A DNA stretch of 64,000 bases, from contig CAVUWD010000020.1 of the NCBI GenBank assembly GCA_963745025.1, positions 207,527 through 271,526 of the forward strand, read 5' to 3'. Position 1 is the first letter of the stretch, and every line of letters starts with the position of its first letter. The stretch comes from an uncultured delta proteobacterium. Its GTDB lineage: Bacteria; Desulfobacterota; Binatia; JACPRU01. Below are positions 30,860 through 41,550 of this stretch, in pieces. Below the pieces are notes generated by a model. The model saw nothing but the letters and a program-made list of their open reading frames with translations. It had not been told where the DNA came from and did no database searches. Position numbers and translations under genes: made by a program.

Positions 30860-31570
30860 ATGGAAGCAGAAGACGAGGCGAGCCCGCTGGAAGCAGCGGA
30901 CGAAACAACGGATCGAGCGAGCGACGACGCACCGGCCGGAAACGTCTCCAAACGATTGCGCTCGATCCTCGAGAGCCTGCTGTTCGCGGCCGGCGACCCG
31001 GTTCCGCTCGGCAAGCTCGCTCAGGTGCTTCCGGGATACGAGCGACGCGACATCGTGCGAACCCTCAACGAGCTCGGCGAAGAGTATGCGCGGGAGGAGC
31101 GTGGCTTTCGCCTGCAACAAGTGGCGGGCGGCTATCAGCTGCGCACGACGCGCGCCAACGCGGAGTTCGTCAAGGTGCTGCTCGCGCAACGGCCCGTCCG
31201 CCTGACTCGCGCCGCGCTCGAGACGTTGGCGGTCGTCGCCTACCGCCAACCCGTGACGCGGCCCGAGATCGAGGCGATCCGCGGCGTCGACGTCGATGCC
31301 GTGTTGACGACGCTCTCCGAGCGCAGGCTCGTGCGCGTACTCGGCCGGAAGGACGTGGTCGGACGGCCGCTCCTCTACGGAACGACGCCGGAGTTTCTCG
31401 AGACGTTCGGCTTGAAGGACCTCGCGTCACTTCCCACCCTCGAGGAGCTCGGCGCCTCGGCCGATGCGCTCGAGCGCGCCGCGGCGGAGCTGTCGGCCGT
31501 CGCCGAACCGCCTTCGCCAGAGGAAGACGCCGTGCCGCCCTCGGGAACCCGCGAGGAAGCCGAGAGCTGA
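30860..31570 (+). CDS. scpB: Segregation and condensation protein B
   Basis: LETLAVVAYRQPVTRPEIEAIRGV, GRPLLYGTT.EFL. Confidence 0.96.
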   Translation: MEAEDEASPLEAADETTDRASDDAPAGNVSKRLRSILESLLFAAGDPVPLGKLAQVLPGYERRDIVRTLNELGEEYAREERGFRLQQVAGGYQLRTTRANAEFVKVLLAQRPVRLTRAALETLAVVAYRQPVTRPEIEAIRGVDVDAVLTTLSERRLVRVLGRKDVVGRPLLYGTTPEFLETFGLKDLASLPTLEELGASADALERAAAELSAVAEPPSPEEDAVPPSGTREEAES

Positions 31571-31583
31571 CGGCGGAGTGCCG

Positions 31584-32442
<859 letters not shown>

Positions 32443-32461
<19 letters not shown>

Positions 32462-32973
32462 TTTTCAATGGCAAACCCAACGACGCGGGCCGGGTCTATC
32501 CGGCCCGCGACGGTGGCCGGTTCTGACCCATTCGCGGGGGTCAAAACCAGGTCCCCGTCGAGCAAACCGAGGATCATCGTCTTTGCCGTCGGCACGTCCG
32601 TCTTGATGGCCCGCCGTAGCCCCCGCAGGTAGCTCCGCAGGTCCCGGGGGTCGATCGCCGTGGGGGCCCGTACGGCCCGCTTCTCGAACTTCGCTCGCTC
32701 AAGATCGGCGGTAAGGCCCGCGATCTCCTGCTCGACCGCCGCCAGCCGGTCGCGCACGGCGGTGAACGCCTCGCCCCCGCTGCCGATGGCGTCCAGCCAT
32801 CGCTTCTGCTCGGCCTTCGCCTGATCGAGCCGTTCGCGCAGCTCGTCCTCTCGTCCGCTGGTCCGGTCGATCGCCCGTCGAAGCGCGTCGTTGACCGCCG
32901 TCGCGAGCGCCGCGATGTTCTTCCTGGTCATCGCCTCGGCCGCATCGCCGCACCGCAGGAACCCCGTGAGCAA
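32443..32973 (-). pseudogene. Large serine recombinase C-terminal remnant (zinc-ribbon start, internal deletion, coiled coil) ending inside the tRNA
   Basis: YLLTGFLRCG, coiled coil, terminal CGGRI* read antisense on the tRNA T-arm; homologous to 38560-38760. Confidence 0.8.
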
Positions 32974-32977
32974 GTAG

Positions 32978-33329
32978 AGTACTCCACCGAGACCGGAAGA
33001 AAGATTACCGGCTTTGATCGATCGGCGCTTGAGGCCCTGAGGACCTACGGATGGCCGGGGAACGTTCGCGAGCTCGAAAACCGGGTCAAACGAGCGGTGA
33101 TCATGGCGGAACGAAGAAGAGAGTGGCTCCGGCCGACCTCGAGCTCGACTCGCCGTTCGAGAAGTATCAAGGGAAGCGGCTTCGCGAGGCTCGCGAGGCT
33201 CTCGAAAGAGAGATCATCGAGAAAGCGCTTGCGAAGCACGGCGGCAACATCACTCACGCCGCGACCGAGTTGGGAATAAGCCGCCCCACGCTGCATGACC
33301 TGATCAACAAATATTCCATCGTGATTTAG
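32978..33329 (+). pseudogene. C-terminal fragment of sigma54-dependent response regulator (PrsR-like)
   Basis: YGWPGNVRELENRVKRAVIMAE, Fis HTH GNITHAATELGISRPTLHDL; 5' part missing, frameshift at about 33115. Confidence 0.8.
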
Positions 33330-33361
33330 AGAATGGCGACCCGAGCACTTCTGTGCCGAGC

Positions 33362-33583
33362 TGTCGATAATCCTTACAATTCGACATACGTTTCCGAACT
33401 TTAGGATCAAGACAAACGTTTTCGCGCCGTTGCGATTTTGCTCATCTCGGCCAAAGCCCCGTAGGCCCTCGGATCGTCGGAAATCTTTACGGTTACGCTC
33501 ATTCGTACGGGATGATCAATCACGAAAACGTGGGATATTTCCATCATTTCTCGTCCTCGGCTCGACCTGGACCAATTCTTGGA
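33362..33583 (+). promoter_or_regulatory. Putative PEP-CTERM-box enhancer sites and degenerate sigma54 promoter
   Basis: TGT-N11-ACA (TGTCGATAATCCTTACA, 33362), similar CGTCGGAAATCTTTACG (33475), TGGACCAATTCTTGGA (33568). Confidence 0.5.
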
Positions 33584-33620
33584 GGAGAACTCGGGTATGA
33601 TGTCTTCTTAGGAGCGAGGA

Positions 33621-34352
33621 ATGAGACTAGTCAAATTTGTTTCGGCAGGAGCATTCGCGCTGACAATGGCCTTAGGGCTGTCTACGGCCCAGGCCACCGC
33701 GATCACCTTCACCGCGAGCGGCACCGGTTCGGACGGGGCGCTGTCCGCGAGTGCCCTATTCACGACAACTGCCGGCGAGGTCGACGTGACTCTGACGAAC
33801 CTTCTGGGCGCGAACGTGATCCGGAGCGCCGGGCAGGCACTGAGCGACATCACGTTTACCCTGAGCAATACCGCAGGGACGCTCGGTACGACGTCGGCTT
33901 CCGGGCAGCTCGGCAACATCTCGGGTATTGTTCCACCTGGCGGAGGCACGGTGACCTATACGTCCGGCGACCCCACACGCTGGCTGGGTGCTGGGGGCCA
34001 GGGTGACTTTAGCGTCGTTGGAGACACCGTTACGCTTGAGGCGATCGGCGGCGGGAAGCCGAGCCAAATGATCATCCCATTCCAAGTGGATGGAGGCGCG
34101 TACTCGAACGTGAACCCCGGGTTCGACAACTTCAACCCCTACACGATCGGCCCGGCCACCTTCAGTCTCCACCTCTCGGGCGTAACGGCGGCCACGACCA
34201 TCACGTCGGCGACCTTCTCGTTCGGGACCGGGCCTGACACTTTCTTGAGCGGTACGCCTGGGGGAGTGGCGCCCGAGCCAGGGTCGGTATTTCTCCTTGG
34301 GTCAGGTTTAGCGGCACTTGGGTTGTTCCGCTGGCGTCGTCATAGCCCCTGA
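33621..34352 (+). CDS. PEP-CTERM sorting domain protein
   Basis: Signal peptide, Thr/Gly/Ser-rich body, APEPGSVFLLGSGLAALGLFRWRR. Confidence 0.92.
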   Translation: MRLVKFVSAGAFALTMALGLSTAQATAITFTASGTGSDGALSASALFTTTAGEVDVTLTNLLGANVIRSAGQALSDITFTLSNTAGTLGTTSASGQLGNISGIVPPGGGTVTYTSGDPTRWLGAGGQGDFSVVGDTVTLEAIGGGKPSQMIIPFQVDGGAYSNVNPGFDNFNPYTIGPATFSLHLSGVTAATTITSATFSFGTGPDTFLSGTPGGVAPEPGSVFLLGSGLAALGLFRWRRHSP

Positions 34353-34366
34353 AGAGATTGACAAGC

Positions 34367-34775
34367 CTAGCTTGAAGGGGTCACCCGCAGTGCGGGTGAC
34401 CCCTTTTTTTCTCTCCGACTTCTTCGACGCTCCTGGACAGCGCGTCGCACTTGCTCCTCGAGGACGGTCGGGCTCCACGAGCCGTCGGCGTCAGCGCAGG
34501 TGGAGCAGACGCCCAGGCGCTGGAAGAAGCCCTCCGCCCTGGCGGCCTGGACAGGACGGTCCGCGGGGGGTGCGACTTTGGCGAGCTCACGTACCTCGCC
34601 GATTCCCTGCATCAGCTTCGCCACGTACTCCGCCGTGATTGCGAAGTTGAGGTTCTGTCCCGTCTTCAACGACGACGTCGCCACGCGATGACACGTGCGT
34701 TCGCGTCGAGCACCGGCCCGCCGCTGCTCCCAGCGGAAATCGGGGCGGTGATCTGCAAAAGCAACGTGGTTCTTG
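34367..34775 (-). pseudogene. Trypsin-like (S1C) serine protease fragment
   Basis: Manual translation QITAPISAGSSGGPVLDANARVI, then after frameshift VATSSLKTGQNLNFAI. Confidence 0.7.
34375..34410 (+). terminator. Rho-independent terminator
   Basis: AAGGGGTCACCCGCA-G-TGCGGGTGACCCCTT hairpin followed by a T run. Confidence 0.88.
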
Positions 34776-34888
34776 CCGCTCCTCCGCATTGGTTCAGGAG
34801 TTCGTCAGGATTTGCGCCAGCTCGGAGGCTGCGTCACGAATCGCTTCCGTTGGTCGCGATCCCCGCTCCGGCCGCGCCAACTGCCGAG

Positions 34889-35662
34889 CTAGTCTCGGCG
34901 GGAAGTGGTGCCCATCTCCTGCAAATGCCGCCTCAGCGTCTGAAGCGCCTCGAGGACTACCCGATCGTGAAAGCCGGGGTGCGAGAACGCCGCCTGTAGA
35001 CCTTCCAGCGCCTCGATCAGCGGCTGGATGCGTGCCCGTGGATCCGGATCGATCCGATCGCGAACCGCGTTGGCGAGCAATCGGGCGTAGTCGGGCTTCA
35101 AGCGCCCGCCCGCCGGATAGTCTTCGTCCTTTATGCCGAAGTCCAGCTCGCCGAGCCGCTCTGCGATCCGATCGGCCACCACCGCTGGATCCTCGGTCTC
35201 AGCGCGTTGTCGGCTCTGTCGGGTCTTCTCGGCACGCTCGACGATCTCCACGACACGTCGTTCGTCGACAGGTTTGGTCACATAGTCGAACGCTCGCAAC
35301 CGGAGAATTTCGACCGCCAGGTCTTGCGGGCTTGCGCCGGTGACGGCGATCACCTCGGTGGAGGGACTCAGATCGCGGATCCGGGCCAACGTCTCGACGC
35401 CGCTGAGCCCGGGCATTTCTAGGTCGAGGACCACGACGTCGGGCTCCTCGCGTCGCACGATTTCGACTGCCTGTTCGCCGCTCTCCGCAGCGAAGACGCG
35501 AAAGCGCGGTTCGAGCAGAAGCCGCAAAGACTGGCGAACGCCCTCCTCGGCGTCGGCAACGAGCACGGATCCTGGTTTCTCCCCCTCGCTCGTCAGCGGA
35601 TCTCCGTCCGAATAGTACACACTTCGACGAAGGGCAAAAGTCGATCCAAGCCGCTTCGTCAA
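34889..35662 (-). CDS. Response regulator receiver domain protein (start uncertain)
   Basis: VLVADAE, DVVVLDLEMPGLSG, AFDYVTKP. Confidence 0.8.
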   Translation of the reverse strand: MTKRLGSTFALRRSVYYSDGDPLTSEGEKPGSVLVADAEEGVRQSLRLLLEPRFRVFAAESGEQAVEIVRREEPDVVVLDLEMPGLSGVETLARIRDLSPSTEVIAVTGASPQDLAVEILRLRAFDYVTKPVDERRVVEIVERAEKTRQSRQRAETEDPAVVADRIAERLGELDFGIKDEDYPAGGRLKPDYARLLANAVRDRIDPDPRARIQPLIEALEGLQAAFSHPGFHDRVVLEALQTLRRHLQEMGTTSRRD

Positions 35663-36286
35663 ACGGCAGAAGTCGATCCACGCCCGTCAAAAACCTAGAA
35701 TTCTACAACGGGATGGGTTTCCCCATAAAATACGAGTATTTATCGGCTGGATGGGCACTCGGAAGCTCGTCGCGAAACCACCGAACCGCATCGAGGTTGA
35801 ACGAATCGTTCACTCCGATTGAACGCACATCGGTTGGAATTGTGCTGATGCGTAGTACCATCTCACACGACCTGTTGAGGAGTGGACCAGGAATTTCTTC
35901 GAACGGGGTTGGCGGAGCTGAAGCAGGTCAAAACGCACTGCCAAACCGTGAGAACCTGGTCGAACACCCATAGGGCGGGGGCTCCCTTGTCGACGGCGCC
36001 TCCCGCCAGCCAGACGGCGGGATCGGCGGCACGTCAAGGGATCGACATTGCAAGCACCCTCGGTTGCGTCCCGCTACGCTCAGCAGCACGAGTCGGCGGT
36101 GGATGAAAGAGCGGATGAAGGCGTTCTTGCGCGCTGCGGGTCCAGGGCAGGTCCAAGCCAGAGGTCTCACCGGTGAGCGCGCGCCCAGTCCCCTTAACGC
36201 AACAATAATCTTTGTTGTGAATTTCATACCTTGACGGAATCCGAGTGAGGGCGGACTAGTACTCTTCCAACTTCGTACTGGGATCT

Positions 36287-37441
36287 ATGACTACAATGCT
36301 GCTGTCGAGCGTCTTCCCCGTCCTCTATCTCGTTTCGCGCTCGGTCCGCTTCTCTGGCGCTCGAAGGAATCGCGAACGCGTCGTCGTTCTCGGCACCGGG
36401 GTTGGGGCGCGTAAGCTAGCTGCGGTCGTCGAATCCGCTGCTCCTCCCTCCTCCGTGGTGGGATTCGTCGCGGAAGGAAACGGACTTGATCCCACCCTGC
36501 TGAGCTTGACACTTCCCCGCCCGCTGCTCGGCAATCTCTCAGAGTTGAAGGCGATCATCGATTCGGTGCAGCCGGCTCGGATCATCGTGGCGCTCAGCGA
36601 TCGGGGCCGTCGCCCGCCGATTCAGGCGCTTCTCGAGTGCGGGGCATGCGGAGTTGCCATCGAGACCTCGGTCCAAGCCTACGAGCGTCTCAAAGGGAAA
36701 TTCGCCATCGAGAACATGACGCCGAGCTACCTGCTCTTCTCCGGACTCTTCTGCGGATCGATCCGCATAAGGCAGCGCCAGGAAGCAATCGCCCGGGCCG
36801 TCAGCGTCGCGATTGCACTCGTCGGATTGATCATTGCCGCGCCGCTCATCCTGATCGTCGCCGCACTCATCAAAATCGATTCTCCGGGCCCTGCCTTGTT
36901 CGTCCAAGAGCGCATCGGGCTCTTCGGCAAGACCTTCAAGCTTCTCAAGTTCCGAACCATGAAGGTGGGTAAGAAGACGTCGTCCGAGTGGGCACGCGAC
37001 AACGCCGATCGCATCACCCGCGTGGGAGGGTGGGTTCGCAAGTTTTGGCTCGACGAGCTACTCCAGTTCATCAACATTCTTCGCGGCGACATGAACCTGG
37101 TTGGTCCGCGACCGCATCCGGTATCGAACTACGAGCTCTTCTCGAAGAACATTCCCTACTACGGTCTGCGCGGCAGCGTGCGCCCGGGTCTCACTGGCTG
37201 GGCACAGCTCAGAAACGGCTACGCCAACAACCTCGAGGAAGAGACCGAGAAGATGCGGTACGATCTGTACTACATCAAGAACCGGTCGCTCTGGCTCGAC
37301 CTGCGAGTCATCCTCGAAACCGTGAAGGTCGTTCTCTTTGGGCTGAAGGTAAGCCCGCCGCCTCCGGAGCTGTGTTGGCAACCAGTCGCTGATTCGGCCG
37401 TTGCCAACGACCCGAATCAGGAGCTCGGGACCGTAAGCTAG
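36287..37441 (+). CDS. Exopolysaccharide priming polyprenyl-phosphate glycosylphosphotransferase (possibly N-truncated)
   Basis: VVVLGTG, IKIDSPGP, KFRTM, RITRVG, GDMNLVGPRP, PGLTGWAQ, YDLYYIKN. Confidence 0.92.
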   Translation: MTTMLLSSVFPVLYLVSRSVRFSGARRNRERVVVLGTGVGARKLAAVVESAAPPSSVVGFVAEGNGLDPTLLSLTLPRPLLGNLSELKAIIDSVQPARIIVALSDRGRRPPIQALLECGACGVAIETSVQAYERLKGKFAIENMTPSYLLFSGLFCGSIRIRQRQEAIARAVSVAIALVGLIIAAPLILIVAALIKIDSPGPALFVQERIGLFGKTFKLLKFRTMKVGKKTSSEWARDNADRITRVGGWVRKFWLDELLQFINILRGDMNLVGPRPHPVSNYELFSKNIPYYGLRGSVRPGLTGWAQLRNGYANNLEEETEKMRYDLYYIKNRSLWLDLRVILETVKVVLFGLKVSPPPPELCWQPVADSAVANDPNQELGTVS

Positions 37442-37498
37442 CCAAGGCCGAAGGTGAACGGGATCGGAGAAAATTTTTCAACGACTCAACTGTCGAAG

Positions 37499-37850
37499 TT
37501 AGGCTAGCTCGGCCCGTAGCCCGTCCTCATGGCCGCTGGCCCGCACCGCGAACCGTTTCAACTCGTCGTTCACGGCTGCGACCAACGCGGCGACGGGCTT
37601 TCGCTTCATCGCCTCCATCGCGCGGCTCATGAGCCGAGGCTCGATCGCGTCCTTGCGGTAGCGTTTGGTGTGGCCGCAGATCACTTCGCCCTTCGTCTTC
37701 GAGACGGGGCAATATTATAATACCAAGATTGCTGGTAGACCCGGTTCGGCTTCCGTCGCGTCGTGGTGATCGCAACCATCCGCGCCCCGCACGATCCGCA
37801 GCGGAGCATCCCCGTGAGCAGATAGCGATTCGAATGGACGACCCGAGATC
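37499..37850 (-). pseudogene. Large serine recombinase zinc-ribbon fragment fused by deletion to the TerS-like start
   Basis: YLLTGMLRCGSCGARMVAITTTRRKPNRVYQQSWY, matching LLNGLLRCAACGGRMEIITTTRQKNRQTYAQRWY at 56.4 kb. Confidence 0.8.
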
Positions 37851-37871
37851 GGATTCGCTGGGCGCGGCGGC

Positions 37872-37943
37872 GCGTTTTTCTGCCCCCGGCCACGGCACCA
37901 AATATAACGAAAAGCTGCGACTAGCTGCGATCCTCCGGCCTTA
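37872..37943. repeat. Conserved backbone motif, copy 1
   Basis: GGCCACGGCACCAAATATAACGAAAAGCTGCGACTAGCTGCGATCCTCC; copies at about 43712 and 50082. Confidence 0.85.
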
Positions 37944-38371
37944 GTTCGTTCTGTGGACGTTTCACTCGGGCGTCAACGCCCCCCGTAATTTTGGCTGAAT
38001 ATAGTATTCTTGAGCCGCGCCTGCTAGATTTTTTCTGCGGTGACTAGGTTTCCTTTCGCGCCGGCGATGAGGACTACGCGAGCGGCGGTGCGCACGATTG
38101 ACCCGGCGCAATCCAAGGCGCGCGCTGAACATGAAGGGCGGTGTTTCGGAGACCGGGTGTCGCTGTTCATGCGATGCGAGTATTCTACCACCGACAGCGG
38201 GTGCGGACGCACCGGCCCCTCGCCACGCCCGTAGTTGGAGATCGCACGATGCCTGGCGGTCCGGGACCGGCTCCACGCGTGCGATCGTCACACCGCACAA
38301 TCGCGGGCGCGACGCGCGCCCGATTCCCCGCGCGACGGGTGGCGAACCGGCGATCCCGCGTTGCACGTAAC

Positions 38372-38560
38372 CGGTCCCAAACCCGCCGCTATAACCCATG
38401 CCCGGACACCCCTGGGATCGCCCGGAAACGGCCCGTGCGGCCCCGCAACGGCCCCGATCCGGGCCGTAACCATCAACCCGGTAAATCGACCGTGAATTTG
38501 ATGGGTTCCATGGCGATCGCCAACGCGGTCGCCGGTCCATTCGAATCGCGCCCCCGCAAT
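38372..38560. repeat. Element right end plus att core, copy 1
   Basis: Homologous to 55601-55776; ends TTCGAATCGCGCCCCCGCAAT, resembling the tRNA 3' end. Confidence 0.85.
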
Positions 38561-38760
38561 GATCAATCGCACACCCAACAAGGCGGGCCGGGTCTATCCG
38601 GCCCGTCACGTTGGCCGGTTGACCGTCCGTCCCGGGGGTCAAAACTAGGTCGCCGTCGAGCAGCCGCAGGATCATCGCCTTGGCCGTCGGCACGTCCGTT
38701 TTGATCGCCCTCTGCAATCCCCGCACGTAGGACCGTAAGTCCCTGGGCTCGATCGCCGTG
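38560..38760 (-). pseudogene. Large serine recombinase extreme C-terminal remnant
   Basis: RAIKTDVPTAKAMILRLLDGDLVLTP...GRIDPARLVGCAIDHCGG, nearly identical to the 32443 remnant. Confidence 0.8.
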
Positions 38761-38863
38761 GGTGCCCATCACACCCATCACGCGCCCCCGGCCCGCTCCC
38801 GGAGCGGATTTCCCGCGTTTTCACACGGCCCCGGCGGCGACGCCGGGCGAAGAGGAGCACAGC

Positions 38864-39022
38864 ATGACGAAGACGACGACGACACCACCGCCGAAAGTTC
38901 CGCCTCCCGTCGAACCCGCCGAGCCAGTTTTCTGCGCGGTCTGCGGATCGAGCGACCCCTCGTGTCACGTAAATCGAAACGCACCACCACCGCGAAACGA
39001 TGGTGAGAATGATGGGCGCTGA
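38864..39022 (+). CDS. Small Pro-rich CxxC peptide
   Basis: RBS GAGGAG, MTKTTTTPPPK...FCAVCGSSDPSCH; overlaps next gene. Confidence 0.4.
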   Translation: MTKTTTTPPPKVPPPVEPAEPVFCAVCGSSDPSCHVNRNAPPPRNDGENDGR

Positions 39023-39338
39023 CCCAGCCGCCGTCTTTCAACCGGTGGCGGTGTTGCCCGACCCACCGTCGAGGCGGACGACGCCCGAGATTCGCCTGCT
39101 CGTTGCACTCCTCGACGACGCCATCGGCCTCGCGACCGGTCGATACGTCCCGACGGTCGGCGGCGACCACACCTCGCGCGGCCGCGCGAACGCCCAGCGG
39201 CGCGTCATCGAAGAGGCACGCGAGTGGATCACGCGCGGCGACGTCGGCGCGATCACGTTCGACGACACGTGCGGTGCGCTCGGCCTCGACCCGGGCTTGG
39301 TTCGTGCGGCGCTGCTACGGAAAGAGAGGCGTCGATGA
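39009..39338 (+). CDS. Hypothetical helical protein of the element backbone
   Basis: PEIRLLVALLDDAI...EAREWI...TFDDTCGALGLDP; diverged paralog at 47891-48218. Confidence 0.7.
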   Translation: MMGADPAAVFQPVAVLPDPPSRRTTPEIRLLVALLDDAIGLATGRYVPTVGGDHTSRGRANAQRRVIEEAREWITRGDVGAITFDDTCGALGLDPGLVRAALLRKERRR

Positions 39339-39679
39339 AATGCAAGGTATGTGGTGTCCGCCCCGCGAACAGCCGCAGGCACCCCGGGCTTTGTGCCAGG
39401 TGCTCGGTCGCCAACGCAGGGCGTGGACCCGGTCCACGCCGATCCCCGATCGCGCCCGGAGAAATGCGGAGGCGATCCGGGCAAAGATCGGAAAATCTTG
39501 CGATCGCTCTCGCTCTCGCTCGTTCCAACACGCCCAGCAGATGTAACAGGAAATCTTCTCATGAAATTCTCGACCCAATTTTCCACGCTTGCCTCTGGAT
39601 CGATTTTTGTGTCATCTACGCACCGGAGCGCGACCTCTCGAATCGGGAGTGTCACCGAGAGTACATTATATCGGCATGA
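39335..39679 (+). CDS. Putative zinc-finger protein (CxxC...CxxC); C-terminus doubtful
   Basis: ATG overlaps upstream stop; MKCKVCGVRP...GLCARC; duplicated at 48215-48559. Confidence 0.45.
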   Translation: MKCKVCGVRPANSRRHPGLCARCSVANAGRGPGPRRSPIAPGEMRRRSGQRSENLAIALALARSNTPSRCNRKSSHEILDPIFHACLWIDFCVIYAPERDLSNRECHREYIISA

Positions 39680-39772
39680 TCGGCCGAATTGGTGTAAGGG
39701 CTTGATATTTTACCCTGCCGTACACGACACCGCCCCGAGGCAATCGATCTTACGGCGGTTCGACGACAACAG

Positions 39773-40375
39773 ATGCTGAATATGACTGCTCTCTGGAAGC
39801 ATCGGCTGACTCGCGTGGCAGTTTTGGTGAGTTGCTTCAGCGGAGCCGCATCGGAGTTACGCGCGGATCCCCTCACCTTTGAAAGCGCCTTCTTCTTGCT
39901 CAGTTCGTCGGGCGCGCGGCTCGATCTCTTTTCCAACCCGGGCGTCGTCATCGAGCCGAGCACTTACGAGAGAACGATCTTTCCACCCGCGTTTATATTC
40001 TCAACAATTGTCCCCTACGCCGGTGGACCATCAATTACTGACACTATCCGATTCACGTACCAGGAAATGGGCTCCGCACCGGAGGAGTTGCAGCAGTCGT
40101 TCAGCACAGGGATCGATCCGGTGACGCTCGGCTTCGTCGCGAGGTTCGAGCCGATCAGCCACACTGGCATGCTGGTACCGGCAACACTCACCGTTGATCT
40201 GTTGAATAGTGCTCCGGACTTTGTGATCCCAGCCGGACCAGATCAGGGCCAGCTGGTCGATTCGTTCACATATACGTTTTCGACTTTCACGCCTACACCA
40301 GAACCCTCGACATTGCTCCTGCTGGGTACCGGCGTCGCATGCGTGGCGCTAAGACGTTGCCGAAGGCTGACCTGA
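39773..40375 (+). CDS. PEP-CTERM sorting domain protein (copy 1)
   Basis: Signal peptide, TPEPSTLLLLGTGVACVALRRCRR. Confidence 0.9.
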   Translation: MLNMTALWKHRLTRVAVLVSCFSGAASELRADPLTFESAFFLLSSSGARLDLFSNPGVVIEPSTYERTIFPPAFIFSTIVPYAGGPSITDTIRFTYQEMGSAPEELQQSFSTGIDPVTLGFVARFEPISHTGMLVPATLTVDLLNSAPDFVIPAGPDQGQLVDSFTYTFSTFTPTPEPSTLLLLGTGVACVALRRCRRLT

Positions 40376-40786
40376 ACGAACTTCTCCGGTTTACGGTTCC
40401 CGGGTTCTATGCCTCCTCGTTCTGGGGTTAGTATAGGGACTGGCCTTTCCTACAGTTCCTTTCCAGCACGTGGCGGCTCATGCATGTATCCGTGGGGACG
40501 CTGAGGTACGGCACCGAGGAGGAGCGCCGGCAACGCCGGAGGAGGTCCTTTCGCGTCAGAGGCTCGGAGACCAACCGCTCCACCAGATTTTCGGGCACGC
40601 CGATAGGCCAAAGTCTCCACTTCGATTCGCCCTGATTGCGATTCAGCCGCGGCCGGAGGGCCGAGATCAATGCCGTCTCCACGGTGCTTCCGCCCTGTCC
40701 GCTCGGCCTCGGCGGACACCTGAAAGCCAGCCATTAAAGGACGGGTCAAAACCGGCCATTATCGGGGCGGCCGGGACGGGGTTGGT

Positions 40787-41550
40787 CTAGCTGTTCTTGT
40801 CCTCGGTGTTCAAGGATCCGCTGTTCTTTGTTCTCCAGCTTCGTGGCCCGCACTTGAGTACATGACCGTGCTGCGAGCAGGCGATCGAGCATGGCGGCGA
40901 CGGCGGGCGTATCGCCGAGCAGCTTGCCCCAATCCTCCACGGGGCGATTGGAAGTCATCAGCGTGCTGGCCCGCTCGTGCCGACGCATGACGACTTCGAG
41001 GAGATCCTCGGCAGCAGTGGCGGGAAGCTTGCGCATGCCGAGGTCGTCGATGATCAGCAGCGGCACGGACTGTAGCTCGGCGATCTTGTCCTTGCGCGAG
41101 CCGTCGATGGTGGCGTCGGCGAGCTCTTCGAGCAGGAGCGTGCGTCTCGCGGTAGAGCACACGGTGGCCCTGCCGAATGGCAGCCAGGCCGATGGCCTGA
41201 GCGAGGTGACTCTTCCCGGTGCCCGGCGGACCGAGGAAGAGAGCGTCTTCTCGGCGATCGATGAATTGGGCGGTGGCGAGCTCGAAGACCAGGCGGCGAT
41301 TCATCTTCTTGTTGAAGTCGAAATCGAAGGCATCGAGGGTCTTGTCCGGCTCGCGAAACAGAGCGTGCTTGGTACGGCGCTGGAGCAGCCGATCGGCTCG
41401 GATGGTGAGCTCGTCGGAGACGAGCGTGGAAAGGAAATCGATCGGAGCCATGTGAGCGCTCTGCGCTTCGAGGATACGAGGCTCGAGGGCCTGGGCCATG
41501 CCGCCGAGGCGTAGCTGGCGCAGCGACCGTTGCAGCTCGATGAGATTCAT
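40787..41550 (-). CDS. istB: IS21 helper ATPase IstB (apparent frameshifts)
   Basis: FDFDFN, GPPGTGKSHLA, LLIIDDLG, TSNRPVEDW, AMLDRLL. Confidence 0.88.

Larger units (their letters stand above)
39270..40684. repeat. Direct repeat of about 1.4 kb, apparently identical to 48150-49564
   Basis: Line-by-line identity at offset 8880; identical ORF translations. Confidence 0.92.

Noticed and set aside
38500-38560. Additional tRNA genes at the second and third att sites
   Set aside because: Only the T-loop/acceptor 3' motif is present; no D-arm, anticodon arm or pairing 5' strand.
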